Translations under genes and position numbers: made by a program
Source: Oscillospiraceae bacterium
GTDB lineage: Bacteria; Bacillota; Clostridia; Oscillospirales; Ruminococcaceae
Direction: 5' to 3'
Assembly (NCBI GenBank): GCA_045649685.1
Contig: JAZRQJ010000007.1
Location: 52,658 to 116,657 of the forward strand
Length of the DNA stretch: 64,000 bases
Notes under the pieces: model-generated
Database searches by the model: none
Told to the model about the DNA's origin: nothing
What the model saw: only the letters and a program-made list of their open reading frames with translations
In this document: positions 1 through 10,610 of the stretch, one piece after another
Layout: each line of letters opens with the position of its first letter
Position numbering within the stretch: the stretch's first letter is position 1

Positions 1-2
1 TA

Positions 3-1061
3 GAATATTTTGATAAAAAAGAACTGAGAAGAACAGATAGATTTTGTCAATTAGGTTTGGCAGCCGCTAGAGATGCTTTGAACGGAGAAAAGTTGCTTGA
101 ATATTATGATCCTTTTAGAGTAGGAGTTGTTTTTAGTAGCGGAATAGGCGGAATGGGAACAATGGAGAAAGAACATACTAAGTGTGTTGAAAAAGGGCCA
201 AGTAGGGTTTCAGTGTTTTTTGTTCCAATGATGATTTCAAATATGGCAGCAGGTATGATATCTATTGAATCTGGATTTAAAGGTGATAATCTTGATATTG
301 TTACTGCGTGTGCTTCATCAAATCATGCTATAGGTGAGGCATTTAGGAAAATTAGAGATGGTTATTTGGATGCATGTCTTGCTGGAGGAGCTGAGTCTGG
401 CATTAGTAGACTAACTGTTGCAGGATTTAGCAATATGACTGCACTAACAAAAAGTGATGATCCAGATAGAGCTTCGATTCCTTTTGATAAAGAAAGAAAT
501 GGATTTGTTATTGGAGAGGGAGCTGCTGCTTTAGTTTTAGAAGAGCTTGAATCGGCAAAGGCTAGAAATGCTAAAATATATGGTGAAATTGTTGGATATG
601 GTGCAACGGGAGATGCATATCATATAACAAAGCCCGATCCTAGTGCACAAGGTCCAGCTAGATGTTTTATTAACGCAATAAATGATGCTGGAATAAAACC
701 GGAAGATATTGATTATATTAATGCACATGGAACATCTACAGGACCGAATGATTTAACTGAAACCAATGCAACTAAGATTGTTTTTAAAGAGCATTCGAAG
801 AAATTAATTATGTCTTCAACTAAGTCTATGACAGGACATATGCTTGGTGCTGCAGGAGCTGCTGAGGCTATAGCTACGGTTTTAGCATTGAAAAATGGAA
901 TTGTTCCGCCAACTGTTGGATATAAAGTTCCAGATGAAAATTGTGATTTAGATTATGTTGTTGATGGTGCTAGGAAAAAAGACATTAAATATGCTATATC
1001 AAACTCGCTAGGTTTTGGTGGACATAATGCAACAGTATGTTTTAAAAAATTTGAGGGCTAA
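3..1061 (+). CDS. fabF: beta-ketoacyl-ACP synthase II, 5'-truncated by window edge
   Basis: The frame stays open back to nt 3 ([22 protein letters not shown]...). KAS-II motifs '[14 protein letters not shown]', '[11 protein letters not shown]', '[12 protein letters not shown]' and 'GFGGHNATV' are present. It heads a fab/acc cluster. Confidence 0.93.
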   Translation, partial: EYFDKKELRRTDRFCQLGLAAARDALNGEKLLEYYDPFRVGVVFSSGIGGMGTMEKEHTKCVEKGPSRVSVFFVPMMISNMAAGMISIESGFKGDNLDIVTACASSNHAIGEAFRKIRDGYLDACLAGGAESGISRLTVAGFSNMTALTKSDDPDRASIPFDKERNGFVIGEGAAALVLEELESAKARNAKIYGEIVGYGATGDAYHITKPDPSAQGPARCFINAINDAGIKPEDIDYINAHGTSTGPNDLTETNATKIVFKEHSKKLIMSSTKSMTGHMLGAAGAAEAIATVLALKNGIVPPTVGYKVPDENCDLDYVVDGARKKDIKYAISNSLGFGGHNATVCFKKFEG

Positions 1062-1072
1062 GGAGAGCTATA

Positions 1073-1522
1073 ATGCGTGATTTTAAATTTGAAACTGATA
1101 CGATTGATTATCTTATAAATCGTGTTGAAAAATCAAAGATAACTAAATTGAAAGTTTCTTGTGATGACTTTGAAATTGTTATAGAGTCTAATCCATTTAA
1201 AAATTCAATTAATTCTGTTAAAAATAGCAGTGTGTCAGATAATGTTGTAGATCAATCTGATGTTGTAGAACCCGAAAAGGTGTTAAGTGGAAATGTTATT
1301 AAATCACCAATTGTTGGAACGTTTTACAGTACTCCTTCGCCAGGTAAACCACCGTTTGTTAAGGTGGGAGATAAGGTTAATAAAGGAGACGTCATATATA
1401 TAATAGAGTCTATGAAGTTAATGAATGAGGTAAAGAGTGAATTTACTGGAGTTGTTAAAGAAATTTTAGTTGAATCTGGTGAAAGTGTAGAATATGGTCA
1501 GCCAATAATGGTTATAGATTAG
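1073..1522 (+). CDS. accB: biotin carboxyl carrier protein of acetyl-CoA carboxylase
   Basis: C-terminal biotinyl domain with '[10 protein letters not shown]' (the canonical E-A-M-K-M biotinyl-lysine context). It lies between fabF and fabZ/accC. Confidence 0.9.
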   Translation: MRDFKFETDTIDYLINRVEKSKITKLKVSCDDFEIVIESNPFKNSINSVKNSSVSDNVVDQSDVVEPEKVLSGNVIKSPIVGTFYSTPSPGKPPFVKVGDKVNKGDVIYIIESMKLMNEVKSEFTGVVKEILVESGESVEYGQPIMVID

Positions 1523-1569
1523 ATTTACTCAAACTTTTTATGTATTGAAAATGAGAGGTGTAGAATAAA

Positions 1570-2001
1570 ATGTCTTTGATGGACAAAGAACAAATAAAGT
1601 CAATTATTCCACATAGGGATCCTTTTTTACTGATAGATGAAGTTGTTGAACTGGAACCTGGTAAGAGGGTTGTTGCTAAAAAACATTTAAAAGAAGATGA
1701 ATCGTGGTTTAAAGGACATTTTCCAAATCAGCCTGTTCAACCAGGTGTTTTAACAATTGAGATGTTAGCTCAAGCAGGAGCAGTTTGTATATTGGCTGTT
1801 CCTGAAAATAAAGGAAAGATTGCTTTTTTTGGCGGAATAGATAAGGCTCGTTTTAAAAGACAAATTTTGCCTGGAGATACGGTTACACTTAGTGTTGAAA
1901 TAATAAAAATTAAAGGACCAATTGGAGTTGGTAAAGCAATTGCAACTGTTGATGGTAAGAAAGCGGTTTCTGCTGAGATTATGTTTGCACTTGAAAAATA
2001 G
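1570..2001 (+). CDS. fabZ: 3-hydroxyacyl-ACP dehydratase
   Basis: Hot-dog dehydratase motifs '[11 protein letters not shown]' and '[15 protein letters not shown]'. Confidence 0.93.
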   Translation: MSLMDKEQIKSIIPHRDPFLLIDEVVELEPGKRVVAKKHLKEDESWFKGHFPNQPVQPGVLTIEMLAQAGAVCILAVPENKGKIAFFGGIDKARFKRQILPGDTVTLSVEIIKIKGPIGVGKAIATVDGKKAVSAEIMFALEK

Positions 2002-2033
2002 TTTTAAAAACCATCTGGAGGAGTTATATTATA

Positions 2034-3374
2034 ATGTTTGGTAAAGTATTGATTGCAAACAGAGGAGAAATAGCTGTAAGAGTAATTCATGCTTGTAGGG
2101 AACTTGGCATTTCTACTGTTGCAGTTTATTCTGAGGCAGATAAGGGATCTTTACACGTTCAAATTGCAGATGAAGCTGTTTGTATCGGACCAGCTAAAAC
2201 TCAAGATAGTTATTTGAATGTTAAGGCTATTCTTGCTGCTTGTGAGATTACAGGAGCTGATGCAGTCCATCCAGGATTTGGCTTTTTATCTGAGAATAGT
2301 GGATTTGCGAAAATGTGTGGGATGTGTGGCATAAAGTTTATTGGTCCTTCGCCGGAAGCTATGGATAGTTTGGGGGATAAGGTTAAAGCTAAAAATACTA
2401 TGAAACAGGCTGGAGTGCCTGTTATTCCTGGTTCTGATGGATTGGTTAATGACACAGAAGAAGCTTTGAACATTGCTGATGAGATTGGGTATCCTGTTAT
2501 GGTTAAAGCAACAGCTGGAGGTGGAGGAAGAGGAATTCGCAGAGTGGATTCTCCAGAGGAATTGGAAGCTGCAATAGTTGTTGCACAAACTGAAGCAAAG
2601 TCTTTTTTTGGAAACCCGGGTGTGTATATTGAAAAGTTTATAGAAAATCCTCGTCACGTAGAAATACAACTTATTGCTGATGAGCATGGAAATGTTGTTC
2701 ATCTTGGCGAGAGAGATTGTTCTATGCAACGACGTAATCAAAAAATGATAGAAGAGACGCCTAGTCCTGCTGTTAATGATGTTCTTAGAGAAAAAATGGG
2801 AATGGCTGCCGTTGCTGCTGCGCAAGCTTGTGGATATTATAATGCGGGAACTGTTGAATTTTTGCTAGATAAAGATAACAACTTCTATTTTATGGAGATG
2901 AATACAAGAATTCAAGTTGAGCATGGTATAACTGAATTGGTCACTGGTGTGGATATTGTGAAAAACCAGATCAAAATTGCAAATTCTCAAAAATTAGATA
3001 TTTCTCAAGAAGATATTAAGATTAATGGCCATGCTATAGAGTGTAGAATAAATGCGGAAATGCCTGAAAAAGGATTTATGCCTGTGCCCGGGAAAATAAG
3101 TGAACTATATGTTCCTTGCGGAAATGGAATAAGAGTGGATAGTGCGGTATACTCTGGATATACCATAACACCGCATTATGATAGCATGATTGCTAAAGTT
3201 ATGGCACATGCTCCAACTAGAGATGAAGCGATTGCTAAAATGAGGTGGGCATTAGCCGAATTTATAGTTGGAGGAATATCGACAAATATAGATTTTCAGC
3301 TGTCATTGCTTAGAAATGAAGATTTTAAAAAGGGTAACGTGGATATAGGTTTCTTGTCTAGGTTAGGATATTGA
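2034..3374 (+). CDS. accC: acetyl-CoA carboxylase biotin carboxylase subunit
   Basis: ATP-grasp motifs '[13 protein letters not shown]', '[18 protein letters not shown]' and '[14 protein letters not shown]'. Confidence 0.96.
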   Translation: MFGKVLIANRGEIAVRVIHACRELGISTVAVYSEADKGSLHVQIADEAVCIGPAKTQDSYLNVKAILAACEITGADAVHPGFGFLSENSGFAKMCGMCGIKFIGPSPEAMDSLGDKVKAKNTMKQAGVPVIPGSDGLVNDTEEALNIADEIGYPVMVKATAGGGGRGIRRVDSPEELEAAIVVAQTEAKSFFGNPGVYIEKFIENPRHVEIQLIADEHGNVVHLGERDCSMQRRNQKMIEETPSPAVNDVLREKMGMAAVAAAQACGYYNAGTVEFLLDKDNNFYFMEMNTRIQVEHGITELVTGVDIVKNQIKIANSQKLDISQEDIKINGHAIECRINAEMPEKGFMPVPGKISELYVPCGNGIRVDSAVYSGYTITPHYDSMIAKVMAHAPTRDEAIAKMRWALAEFIVGGISTNIDFQLSLLRNEDFKKGNVDIGFLSRLGY

Positions 3375-3510
3375 TCTTATAATTTTGTTGTTGACTATAT
3401 TTGGCAGTTGTGATATATTCTAACTTGGATTTTTAGATTGTCCGTAGTTTTTATGTTTTATAAAGTTTAGCAATGTGGTTTGATTTTTTGAAGGGTTGTG
3501 AGTTTTATTG

Positions 3511-4386
3511 ATGGAGGACTTGTTTAAGATTGTTAAGTCTCGTGTAAAAATAGATATAAAAAGTCCAAAGAAAAATAAAGTTAATATTCCATCAGATTTG
3601 TTGTTTAAGTGTCCTAGATGTCAGACGGCAATATTTAAAGAAGAGTTTGTGAATGCTGGGCGTATATGCACAAGGTGTGGATATCATTCAAGATTGACAG
3701 CGCTTCAACGTTTGGAAATTACTGCTGATAAAGGAACTTTTGTGGAATATGATGCGAATCTTAGCAGCGTGAATCCCATAGATTTTCCAGGTTATGATGA
3801 AAAAGTTAAGTCTTTAATGACAAAGACAGGACTAAAAGACGCTATAATTACTGGAGAATGTGAGATAAGAGGAGAACGCTGTGTTATTGGGATAATGGAT
3901 TCTCATTTTATGATGGCTTCTATGGGTTCTGTAGTTGGGGAAAAAATTGCTAGAGCATTTGAAAGAGCAATTGAAAAAAAATTACCGGTTATTTTATTTA
4001 CAGCTAGTGGTGGTGCTAGGATGCAAGAAGGGATAGTATCGCTTATGCAGATGGCTAAAACTTCGGGTGCTGTTGCTCTCCATTCAGAAGCCGGCTTGTT
4101 CTATTGCACAGTTCTTACGGATCCTACTACAGGAGGAGTTACTGCTTCTTTTGCTTCCTTGGGTGATATTATATTAGCTGAACCTAAGGTTTTAGTGGGA
4201 TTTGCTGGTAGAAGAGTTATTGAAGGGACTATAAAACAAAGGTTACCAGATGAATTTCAATCTGCAGAATTTTTAAAAAGTCATGGATTTGTTGATATGA
4301 TTGTTGAAAGAAAACGTATGAGACATGTCTTATATCGTTTGTTGAGATTTCACAAGAAGGAGGCCATACCAGATTGGATAAAATAA
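3511..4386 (+). CDS. accD: acetyl-CoA carboxylase carboxyltransferase beta subunit
   Basis: N-terminal zinc ribbon 'CPRCQ...CTRCGYH' and carboxyltransferase motif 'SGGARMQEG'. I prefer the ATG at 3511 over the adjacent TTG at 3508 used by the track. Confidence 0.93.
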   Translation: MEDLFKIVKSRVKIDIKSPKKNKVNIPSDLLFKCPRCQTAIFKEEFVNAGRICTRCGYHSRLTALQRLEITADKGTFVEYDANLSSVNPIDFPGYDEKVKSLMTKTGLKDAIITGECEIRGERCVIGIMDSHFMMASMGSVVGEKIARAFERAIEKKLPVILFTASGGARMQEGIVSLMQMAKTSGAVALHSEAGLFYCTVLTDPTTGGVTASFASLGDIILAEPKVLVGFAGRRVIEGTIKQRLPDEFQSAEFLKSHGFVDMIVERKRMRHVLYRLLRFHKKEAIPDWIK

Positions 4387-5177
4387 CTGCTTGGGAGAAA
4401 TTGTCTATAATCCATAATCCCAAAAGGCCTAATGCATATGATTATATATCTAATGTGTTTGAACATTATTATGAAATGTGTGGAGATAGATTATATAGTG
4501 ACGATAGGGCTATAACTGGAGGAATAGCAACTTTTCAGAAATTGCCGGTTACGGTTATTGCGACTGTTAGAGGAAAGAATATTGAGCAAAATAAAGAAGT
4601 GAATTTTTCTATGGCTCATCCGGACGGATATCGAAAAGCATTGAGATTAGCTAAGCAAGCTGAAAAATTTAAAAGACCTGTTATTTGTTTGATAGATACT
4701 CCTGGAGCATATTGCGGAGTGCAAGCAGAAGAAAGAGGTCAGGGAGAGGCTATTGCTAGAAATTTAAAAGAATTTATGAGATTAAAAACTCCTATAATAT
4801 CTATAGTTACAGGAGAAGGCGGTAGTGGAGGTGCGCTTGGTTTAGGTGTTTGTGATGAGCTTGCAATGCTTGAAAATGCTGTATACTCAGTAATATCTCC
4901 TAGAGGAGCGGCCAACATATTGTGGCGAGATCCCCACAAAGAAAAAGAAGCTGCTAATACTATGAAGATTACCGCAGAAGATTTGATGAAATTGGGAGTA
5001 GCTGATAAGATAATTTCTGAGCCTGTTGGTGGAGCACATAACGATGTTAACTTGGTTTGTGAGAATATAGTCGAGTATTTATTTGAAGCGTTAAAGAAAA
5101 ATTGTAAAAAATCACTTGAAAACTTATTAGAAAATCGGTATAATAAGTTCAGGAAAATAGGAATGTTTAATGAATAG
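4374..5177 (+). CDS. accA: acetyl-CoA carboxylase carboxyltransferase alpha subunit
   Basis: Motifs 'IDTPGAYCGVQAEERGQGEAIA' and 'GEGGSGGALG'. TTG start preceded by AAGGAGG. Overlaps the accD 3' end by 13 nt. Confidence 0.92.
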   Translation: MDKITAWEKLSIIHNPKRPNAYDYISNVFEHYYEMCGDRLYSDDRAITGGIATFQKLPVTVIATVRGKNIEQNKEVNFSMAHPDGYRKALRLAKQAEKFKRPVICLIDTPGAYCGVQAEERGQGEAIARNLKEFMRLKTPIISIVTGEGGSGGALGLGVCDELAMLENAVYSVISPRGAANILWRDPHKEKEAANTMKITAEDLMKLGVADKIISEPVGGAHNDVNLVCENIVEYLFEALKKNCKKSLENLLENRYNKFRKIGMFNE

Positions 5178-5279
5178 TGTTGTTTTTATTTATAATTGCG
5201 GGTTATTTTCGCATTATATTATATAATAACGTAATTTTTAGAATACGTTTTTGTAAAATTATCTAGGAGGAAATAAATT

Positions 5280-5507
5280 ATGGTATTTAATGAAGTTGCC
5301 GAAATTTTAGCAGATCAGTTGGATGTTGAAAAAGATAAAGTAACAATGGAGGCTTCTATTATTGATGATCTTGGAGCAGATTCTTTAGACGTTGTTGATC
5401 TTATTATGTCATTAGAAGAAGAGTTTGGTGTTGAAATTCCAGATGATCAAGTTGAAAATATGAAGACTGTTGGAGACATTGTAAAATATATTGAGGCAAA
5501 TAATTAA
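5280..5507 (+). CDS. acpP: acyl carrier protein
   Basis: 75 aa with the phosphopantetheine attachment context '[12 protein letters not shown]'. AGGAGG RBS upstream. Confidence 0.93.
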   Translation: MVFNEVAEILADQLDVEKDKVTMEASIIDDLGADSLDVVDLIMSLEEEFGVEIPDDQVENMKTVGDIVKYIEANN

Positions 5508-5569
5508 CGTATTATTCTGCTGTAATTGTGTTAATTTTGCTTTGTAGAAATATTTTTAAATAATTTTGT

Positions 5570-5612
5570 AGCACTTCTGGTCTTGAACATTTGGAAGTGC
5601 TTTTGTTTTTTT
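5570..5612 (+). terminator. intrinsic terminator after acpP
   Basis: GCACTTC ... GAAGTGC stem followed by TTTTGTTTTTTT. The loop is rather long (about 16 nt). Confidence 0.6.
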
Positions 5613-5641
5613 ATTTAAATATAGTTTTGGAGGAAAAAATA

Positions 5642-8278
5642 ATGAAATGGATGGGATTAAATGAATTGAGAAGTTCTTTTTTTCAATTTTTTGAAAAAAA
5701 GCAACACATGCTATTAGGTAGCTATCCGCTTATCCCCAAAAACGACAATAGTTTGTTGTTGATAAATTCTGGAATGGCACCTATGAAAAATTGGTTTTTG
5801 GGTAAAGAAACACCACCCTGTAAAAGGGTAGTAACTTGCCAAAAATGTATAAGAACACCAGATATCGATTTGGTTGGAAAAACCGATAGACATGGAACCT
5901 TTTTTGAGATGTTAGGGAATTTTTCTTTTGGTGATTACTTTAAGAGAGAGGCAATAAACTGGGCTTGGGAGTTTGTTACTGAAGTTTTAAATATGCCAAA
6001 AGACAAATTGTATGTTACTGTTTATGAAGAAGATGATGAAACTTATAATATATGGTTAAAAGAAATAGGTGTTGAATCATCTCACGTTTCAAAATTGGGA
6101 AAAGATGATAATTTTTGGGAAATAGGTACAGGACCTTGCGGACCATGTTCTGAAATATATTATGATAGAGGAGAACAATTTGGCTGTGGTAGCGAAAATT
6201 GTGGCCCGGGATGTGATTGTGATAGGTTTATTGAATTTTGGAATCTTGTATTTTCTCAATATGATAAAGACAGTGATGGCAACTATAATCGTATGGAACA
6301 TCCTAATATCGATACTGGTATGGGTTTAGAACGAATAGCTTGTGTTGCACAGGGAGTTAATAATTTATTTGAAGTAGACACTGTTAAAAGGATATTGGAT
6401 CATGTTTGCAAAATTGCTAATGTTAAATATGGTGAAGATGAAGAAAAAGATGTTTCAATAAGAATAGTAACAGATCATATAAGAAGCAGTGTGTTTTTAA
6501 TTTCAGATGGCGTCATTCCGTCAAATGAAGGAAGAGGTTATGTTTTGCGTAGATTGATACGTAGAGCGTATAGAAATGGTAAGAAACTAGGAGTAAATAA
6601 ACCATTTTTAGGAGATATTGCTGAAACGGTTGCGGCAGAAAATAAAACAGCGTATTTTGATTTGACATCAAATTTATCATACATAAAACAATTGTTGCTT
6701 AATGAAGAATTAAATTTTGAAAAAATTCTTGATAGAGGAATGATTATGTTATCTGAGTTAGTTGATCAAGCACGCTCAGATAAAAGTAATAACATATCAG
6801 CTGAAGATATTTTTAAACTTTGTGATACTCATGGAATGCCTTTTGATATAGTAAAAGATTTTGCTTGTGAGAAAAATATAGAAATCGATGAAGATGGATT
6901 TTTTGATTTGATGAAACAGCAGCAGGAGAGAGCTAGAAAAGCTGCAAATTCTAATAGTGTGGGATGGGTTAAATCTAGTGTTGAATTAACGCTTCCTCCA
7001 ACTAAATTTGTAGGATATAGTTGCTTTGAAAGTGAAGCAAAGGTAGTTAATATTTTTGAGGGTGAAGAGGAAATAGATGTTGCAAATGTAAATCAAGAAG
7101 TTGGTTTTATATTTGACCAAACTCCTTTTTATGCTCAAAGTGGTGGACAGGTTGCAGATACGGGAATTGTAGAATCTGGAGAATTTTGTGCACAAATTAT
7201 TGATTGTCAGAAATTGCCTACAGGACAGTATTTACATAAGGCAGTGGTTACATCTGGCAAAGTTCAAAAGGGACAAGTTGTTAATTTACTAGTGGATAAA
7301 CTTAGAAGAATGTCTATTTCTAGAAATCATACTGCTGCACATGTATTACAGAAAGTTTTAATAAATGTTCTAGGAGAACATGTGCATCAAGCAGGGCAGT
7401 TAGTTGATGAATCTAGAGTTAGATTTGATTTTAACCATTTTAGGGCTTTGACTAAAGAAGATATCGCTGAAATTGAGAATAAAGTTAATGACGTTATCAT
7501 GAGTGGTCTTGTGGTTAATACTGAAGAAATGGAAAAGCAACGTGCAGAGAAGCTAGGAGCTATAGCATTGTTTGGTGAGAAATATGGAGATGTTGTTAGA
7601 GTTGTAAAAATTGGAGATTTTTCTATGGAATTTTGTGGTGGAACACATGTAGATAATACTTCAAAATTAGGACTTTTCAAAATAACATCTGAAGCTTCTG
7701 TTGGATCTGGAATTAGAAGAATTGAAGCTAAAACAGGGCTTGGATTATTGAGTTATGTACATGTGCTTGAAAATATTTTAGACGAAATATGTAATGCTGT
7801 TAAAATAAAAAACAAACTAGAAGTTTGTGAAAAAGTTGCTAAAATGAACGATGAGTTAAAGCAAATGACGAAGAAGATGGAAGATTTAGAACTGAACTTC
7901 TATGAAAACGAATATAACAGAGTTTTAGAAAATTCTGCTCAAAAAATTAATAACGTAAGCTGCGTATTATTTAAAACGGAAGGATTAAGTTCTAAATTAT
8001 TAAGATCATTTGGTGATATCATAAAATCTAAAAATTCTGATATGATTTCAATTGTTTGTTCTAAGAATGATGATAAACTAACATTGATGGTTGTTTGCGG
8101 AAAAGCTGCTGTAGATAATGGTGCAAATGCAGGAAAGATAGTTAGAGAACTGTCAGCATTAGTTGGCGGAAAAGGTGGCGGAAAGAAAGATTTGGCCATG
8201 GCAGGATTGCCTAATGCGAATTCTATAGACTTGATATCTAGTGAATATTGTAAGGTTGTTCAGGATAATATTATGTAG
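5642..8278 (+). CDS. alaS: alanine--tRNA ligase
   Basis: Motifs 'FSFGDYFK', 'HTAAHVL', 'FCGGTHV' and C-terminal 'GGKGGGKKDLAMAG'. I moved the start to ATG 5642 (GGAGG 8 nt upstream) because the track start at 5591 lies inside the acpP terminator hairpin. Confidence 0.95.
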   Translation: MKWMGLNELRSSFFQFFEKKQHMLLGSYPLIPKNDNSLLLINSGMAPMKNWFLGKETPPCKRVVTCQKCIRTPDIDLVGKTDRHGTFFEMLGNFSFGDYFKREAINWAWEFVTEVLNMPKDKLYVTVYEEDDETYNIWLKEIGVESSHVSKLGKDDNFWEIGTGPCGPCSEIYYDRGEQFGCGSENCGPGCDCDRFIEFWNLVFSQYDKDSDGNYNRMEHPNIDTGMGLERIACVAQGVNNLFEVDTVKRILDHVCKIANVKYGEDEEKDVSIRIVTDHIRSSVFLISDGVIPSNEGRGYVLRRLIRRAYRNGKKLGVNKPFLGDIAETVAAENKTAYFDLTSNLSYIKQLLLNEELNFEKILDRGMIMLSELVDQARSDKSNNISAEDIFKLCDTHGMPFDIVKDFACEKNIEIDEDGFFDLMKQQQERARKAANSNSVGWVKSSVELTLPPTKFVGYSCFESEAKVVNIFEGEEEIDVANVNQEVGFIFDQTPFYAQSGGQVADTGIVESGEFCAQIIDCQKLPTGQYLHKAVVTSGKVQKGQVVNLLVDKLRRMSISRNHTAAHVLQKVLINVLGEHVHQAGQLVDESRVRFDFNHFRALTKEDIAEIENKVNDVIMSGLVVNTEEMEKQRAEKLGAIALFGEKYGDVVRVVKIGDFSMEFCGGTHVDNTSKLGLFKITSEASVGSGIRRIEAKTGLGLLSYVHVLENILDEICNAVKIKNKLEVCEKVAKMNDELKQMTKKMEDLELNFYENEYNRVLENSAQKINNVSCVLFKTEGLSSKLLRSFGDIIKSKNSDMISIVCSKNDDKLTLMVVCGKAAVDNGANAGKIVRELSALVGGKGGGKKDLAMAGLPNANSIDLISSEYCKVVQDNIM

Positions 8279-8296
8279 CTAGTAAGGAGGCTAAAT

Positions 8297-8635
8297 ATGG
8301 ATTGTATTTTTTGTAAAATCGTTAAAGGAGAGATTCCGGCTAAAAAAATTTATGAGGATGAAAAAGTTTTAGCATTTTATGATGTGAGTCCTCAAGCGCC
8401 AGTACATTTTTTGGTTATTCCCAAAGAACATTTTAGGAATTTTAGAGATATTTCTTCGGATAAATTAGAAATAATATCCCATATTTTTAAGGTTATTCAG
8501 ATTATTGCAGAACAGTTAAAATTAGATGATGGACTTAGAATTGTCAATAATTATGGGAAAGATGGAGGACAAACGGTAGATCACTTGCATTTTCATGTTT
8601 TGGCAGGAAGAAGTTTGAACTGGCCTCCAGGCTGA
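8297..8635 (+). CDS. HIT (histidine triad) family protein
   Basis: 112 aa ending in the histidine triad 'DHLHFHVLAG'. N-terminal 'CIFCKIV'. Confidence 0.9.
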   Translation: MDCIFCKIVKGEIPAKKIYEDEKVLAFYDVSPQAPVHFLVIPKEHFRNFRDISSDKLEIISHIFKVIQIIAEQLKLDDGLRIVNNYGKDGGQTVDHLHFHVLAGRSLNWPPG

Positions 8636-8722
8636 TTTTAAAATCATTTTTTTTGAAAAAATGAGTATGTAATAGAATACTAGAGAAAAATAGAGATAAA
8701 TGTTAGAAACATTAAAAAATAG

Positions 8723-8751
8723 TTGACAATTTTTATTAATAAAGGTATAAT
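8723..8751 (+). promoter_or_regulatory. sigma-A-type promoter for rplM-rpsI
   Basis: TTGACA (8723-8728), a 17-nt spacer, then TATAAT (8746-8751), about 70 nt upstream of rplM. Confidence 0.7.
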
Positions 8752-8821
8752 TACATAGTAATCGTTATTTGCAGGATTTAGATGAATCTGTTTTAGAAAA
8801 AAATTATGGAGGAAATGAATA

Positions 8822-9250
8822 ATGTCTACTACAATGGCAAAGCCTGAAACAGTGGAGCGTAAATGGTTTGTTATAGATGCAGCAGGAAAACCTCTTGGAA
8901 GAGTTGCCGCTAAAGCTGCTTCTATGCTTCGTGGAAAACACAAAGTTAATTTTACTCCGCATGTTGATTGTGGCGATCATATAATAATAATTAATTGCAA
9001 AGATGCTGTTCTTACTGGTAAAAAGTTGGATCAAAAAGTTCATTATTGGCATACTGGCTGGATAGGCGGAATAAAAGAGGTAAAATACAGTAAGTTAATG
9101 AAAGAAAATCCAGAAAAAGCAATGACTTTAGCTGTAGAGGGAATGCTTCCTCATAATTCGCTTGGTAGAAAAATGGCAAAGCGTTTGCGGACTTATGCTA
9201 CAGAAGAGCATGATAATATTGCGCAAAAACCTGAAGTTTGCGAATTTTAA
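8822..9250 (+). CDS. rplM: 50S ribosomal protein L13
   Basis: Motifs 'KWFVIDAAGKPLGRVA' and 'YWHTGWIGG'. Followed by rpsI as in most bacteria. Confidence 0.96.
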   Translation: MSTTMAKPETVERKWFVIDAAGKPLGRVAAKAASMLRGKHKVNFTPHVDCGDHIIIINCKDAVLTGKKLDQKVHYWHTGWIGGIKEVKYSKLMKENPEKAMTLAVEGMLPHNSLGRKMAKRLRTYATEEHDNIAQKPEVCEF

Positions 9251-9268
9251 TGGAGGAGGCTAAAATTT

Positions 9269-9667
9269 ATGTATGATTCAAAACCTTATTATTATGGAAC
9301 TGGTAGAAGAAAAAGTTCTGTGGCTAGGGTTAGACTTTACGAAGGCTCTGGTAAGATTACTATAAATGGTAGAGATATTGATGAGTATTTTGGTTTGGAA
9401 ACTTTGAAACTAATTGTTCGTCAACCACTTGGTTTGACTGAAACAACTGAAAAGTTTGATATAGTTTGTAATGTTGGTGGCGGTGGAGTTACTGGCCAGG
9501 CTGGTGCAATACGTCACGGTGTTTCTAGAGCATTATTACTTTTCAATCCTGATTTTCGTTCTGCATTGAAGAAAGCTGGATTCTTAACACGTGATCCTAG
9601 AATGAAAGAACGTAAGAAGTATGGTCTTAAAGCTGCTCGTAGAGCACCTCAATTTTCAAAACGTTAG
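9269..9667 (+). CDS. rpsI: 30S ribosomal protein S9
   Basis: Motifs '[14 protein letters not shown]' and '[14 protein letters not shown]', with C-terminal 'RRAPQFSKR'. Confidence 0.96.
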   Translation: MYDSKPYYYGTGRRKSSVARVRLYEGSGKITINGRDIDEYFGLETLKLIVRQPLGLTETTEKFDIVCNVGGGGVTGQAGAIRHGVSRALLLFNPDFRSALKKAGFLTRDPRMKERKKYGLKAARRAPQFSKR

Positions 9668-9710
9668 TAAATTTAATATTTTTGAGTGTTTTTACAGATT
9701 GTGTGTTTCA

Positions 9711-9737
9711 AAAATCCCGAAATGTCGGGATTTTTGT
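9711..9737 (+). terminator. intrinsic terminator after rpsI
   Basis: ATCCCGA-AATG-TCGGGAT hairpin followed by a TTTTT run. Confidence 0.85.
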
Positions 9738-9906
9738 GTTTTAATTTTTCATTGGTAGGCGATGAAATTTTCATAATTTGTTTATGTATTTCGGTTAGTA
9801 AAATATGCTAGGTGAATTTCAATAAAGAGATAATCAGTTTTGTAAAAGAATTAGATAATTGTGGTTATTATAAGGATACTGGATGGTAGAATTAAGGAGG
9901 AAAAAT

Positions 9907-10365
9907 ATGGCAAAAATAATTAAAATTGCTGGAGAAATAATTTCTATAGGAACTGATGATGGTAAGATTAGGGAAGTAAGAATTTCAGATTTAAATTTTA
10001 ATCCATCCGTTGATGATGAAGTGGAAGTATTTGAAAATGATAATTCTATAATTATTTCGAAAAAGAAGAGCACTAGTGAAGAAAAAGTTAACTCTGGTAT
10101 CAATATTAATGTTAATAGTTTACCAAATACTGGACAATCAGTTTATGTTGCAAATAATACAAAGCCTGTTGATAAAGTTGTGTATTGCTTACTAGCATTC
10201 TTTTTGGGTGGAATAGGTATTCATAAATTTTATGCTGGAAAAACAAGCTCGGGAATTTTATATCTTTTATTTTGTTGGACAGGTATTCCTGCATTGATAG
10301 CATTTATTGAGTTTATAGTTGCAATATGCAAACCGGCTGATGCAGACGGAAATATTTTGGTTTAG
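9907..10365 (+). CDS. TM2 domain-containing membrane protein
   Basis: C-terminal 'YCLLAFFLGGIGIHKFYAGKTSSGILYLLFCWTGIPALIAFIEFI' matches the TM2 two-helix pattern. The start is set at ATG 9907 behind AAGGAGG. Confidence 0.75.
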   Translation: MAKIIKIAGEIISIGTDDGKIREVRISDLNFNPSVDDEVEVFENDNSIIISKKKSTSEEKVNSGININVNSLPNTGQSVYVANNTKPVDKVVYCLLAFFLGGIGIHKFYAGKTSSGILYLLFCWTGIPALIAFIEFIVAICKPADADGNILV

Positions 10366-10374
10366 AGTGTAATT

Positions 10375-10422
10375 AAAAAAATATACAAGTATAAAGGATA
10401 GGTTATACTTGTATATTTTTTA
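10375..10422 (+). terminator. intrinsic terminator after the TM2 gene
   Basis: 13-bp stem ATATACAAGTATA / TATACTTGTATAT followed by TTTTTT. Confidence 0.8.
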
Positions 10423-10445
10423 TTATTTTATATTAAGTGTATATG

Positions 10446-10474
10446 TTGACAATACTAAATAAAAAATGTAATAT
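10446..10474 (+). promoter_or_regulatory. sigma-A-type promoter for the hisZ/hisG-like pair
   Basis: TTGACA (10446-10451), a 17-nt spacer, then TAATAT (10469-10474). Confidence 0.65.
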
Positions 10475-10610
10475 ATATTAAGATGTTGTTGAAATTATAT
10501 AGAATTTATCAATTTTATATTAAATTGTTGTATTTTATAATGTTTTGGTTAAGTGGATTTAATTTTAAATTATATTTTAATGCTATCAAGTGAAGAGAGG
10601 AGGTTTATAT

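Noticed and set aside
2286-2825. A 179-aa ORF antisense to accC. Similar long antisense ORFs occur at 15479-15889, 18501-19058, 19350-19769, 21819-22205, 27537-27923, 35544-35972 and 53427-53831.
   Set aside because: Each lies fully inside a strongly supported conserved gene on the other strand. Their translations are low-complexity (Ser/Ile/Phe/Asn-rich) with no RBS or recognisable motif. This is the typical shadow-ORF artefact of AT-rich codon usage.
5280-5507. acpP placed after accA rather than near fabD/fabG.
   Set aside because: The order is slightly unusual, but the gene is intact with a normal motif, RBS and terminator. Nothing in the sequence suggests more than local gene-order variation.
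5591-5641. The N-terminal extension of alaS proposed by the ORF track (MEVLLFFYLNIVLEEKI).
   Set aside because: The extension starts inside the acpP terminator hairpin and T-tract and has no RBS. A GGAGG precedes the ATG at 5642, which gives the conserved AlaRS N-terminus.
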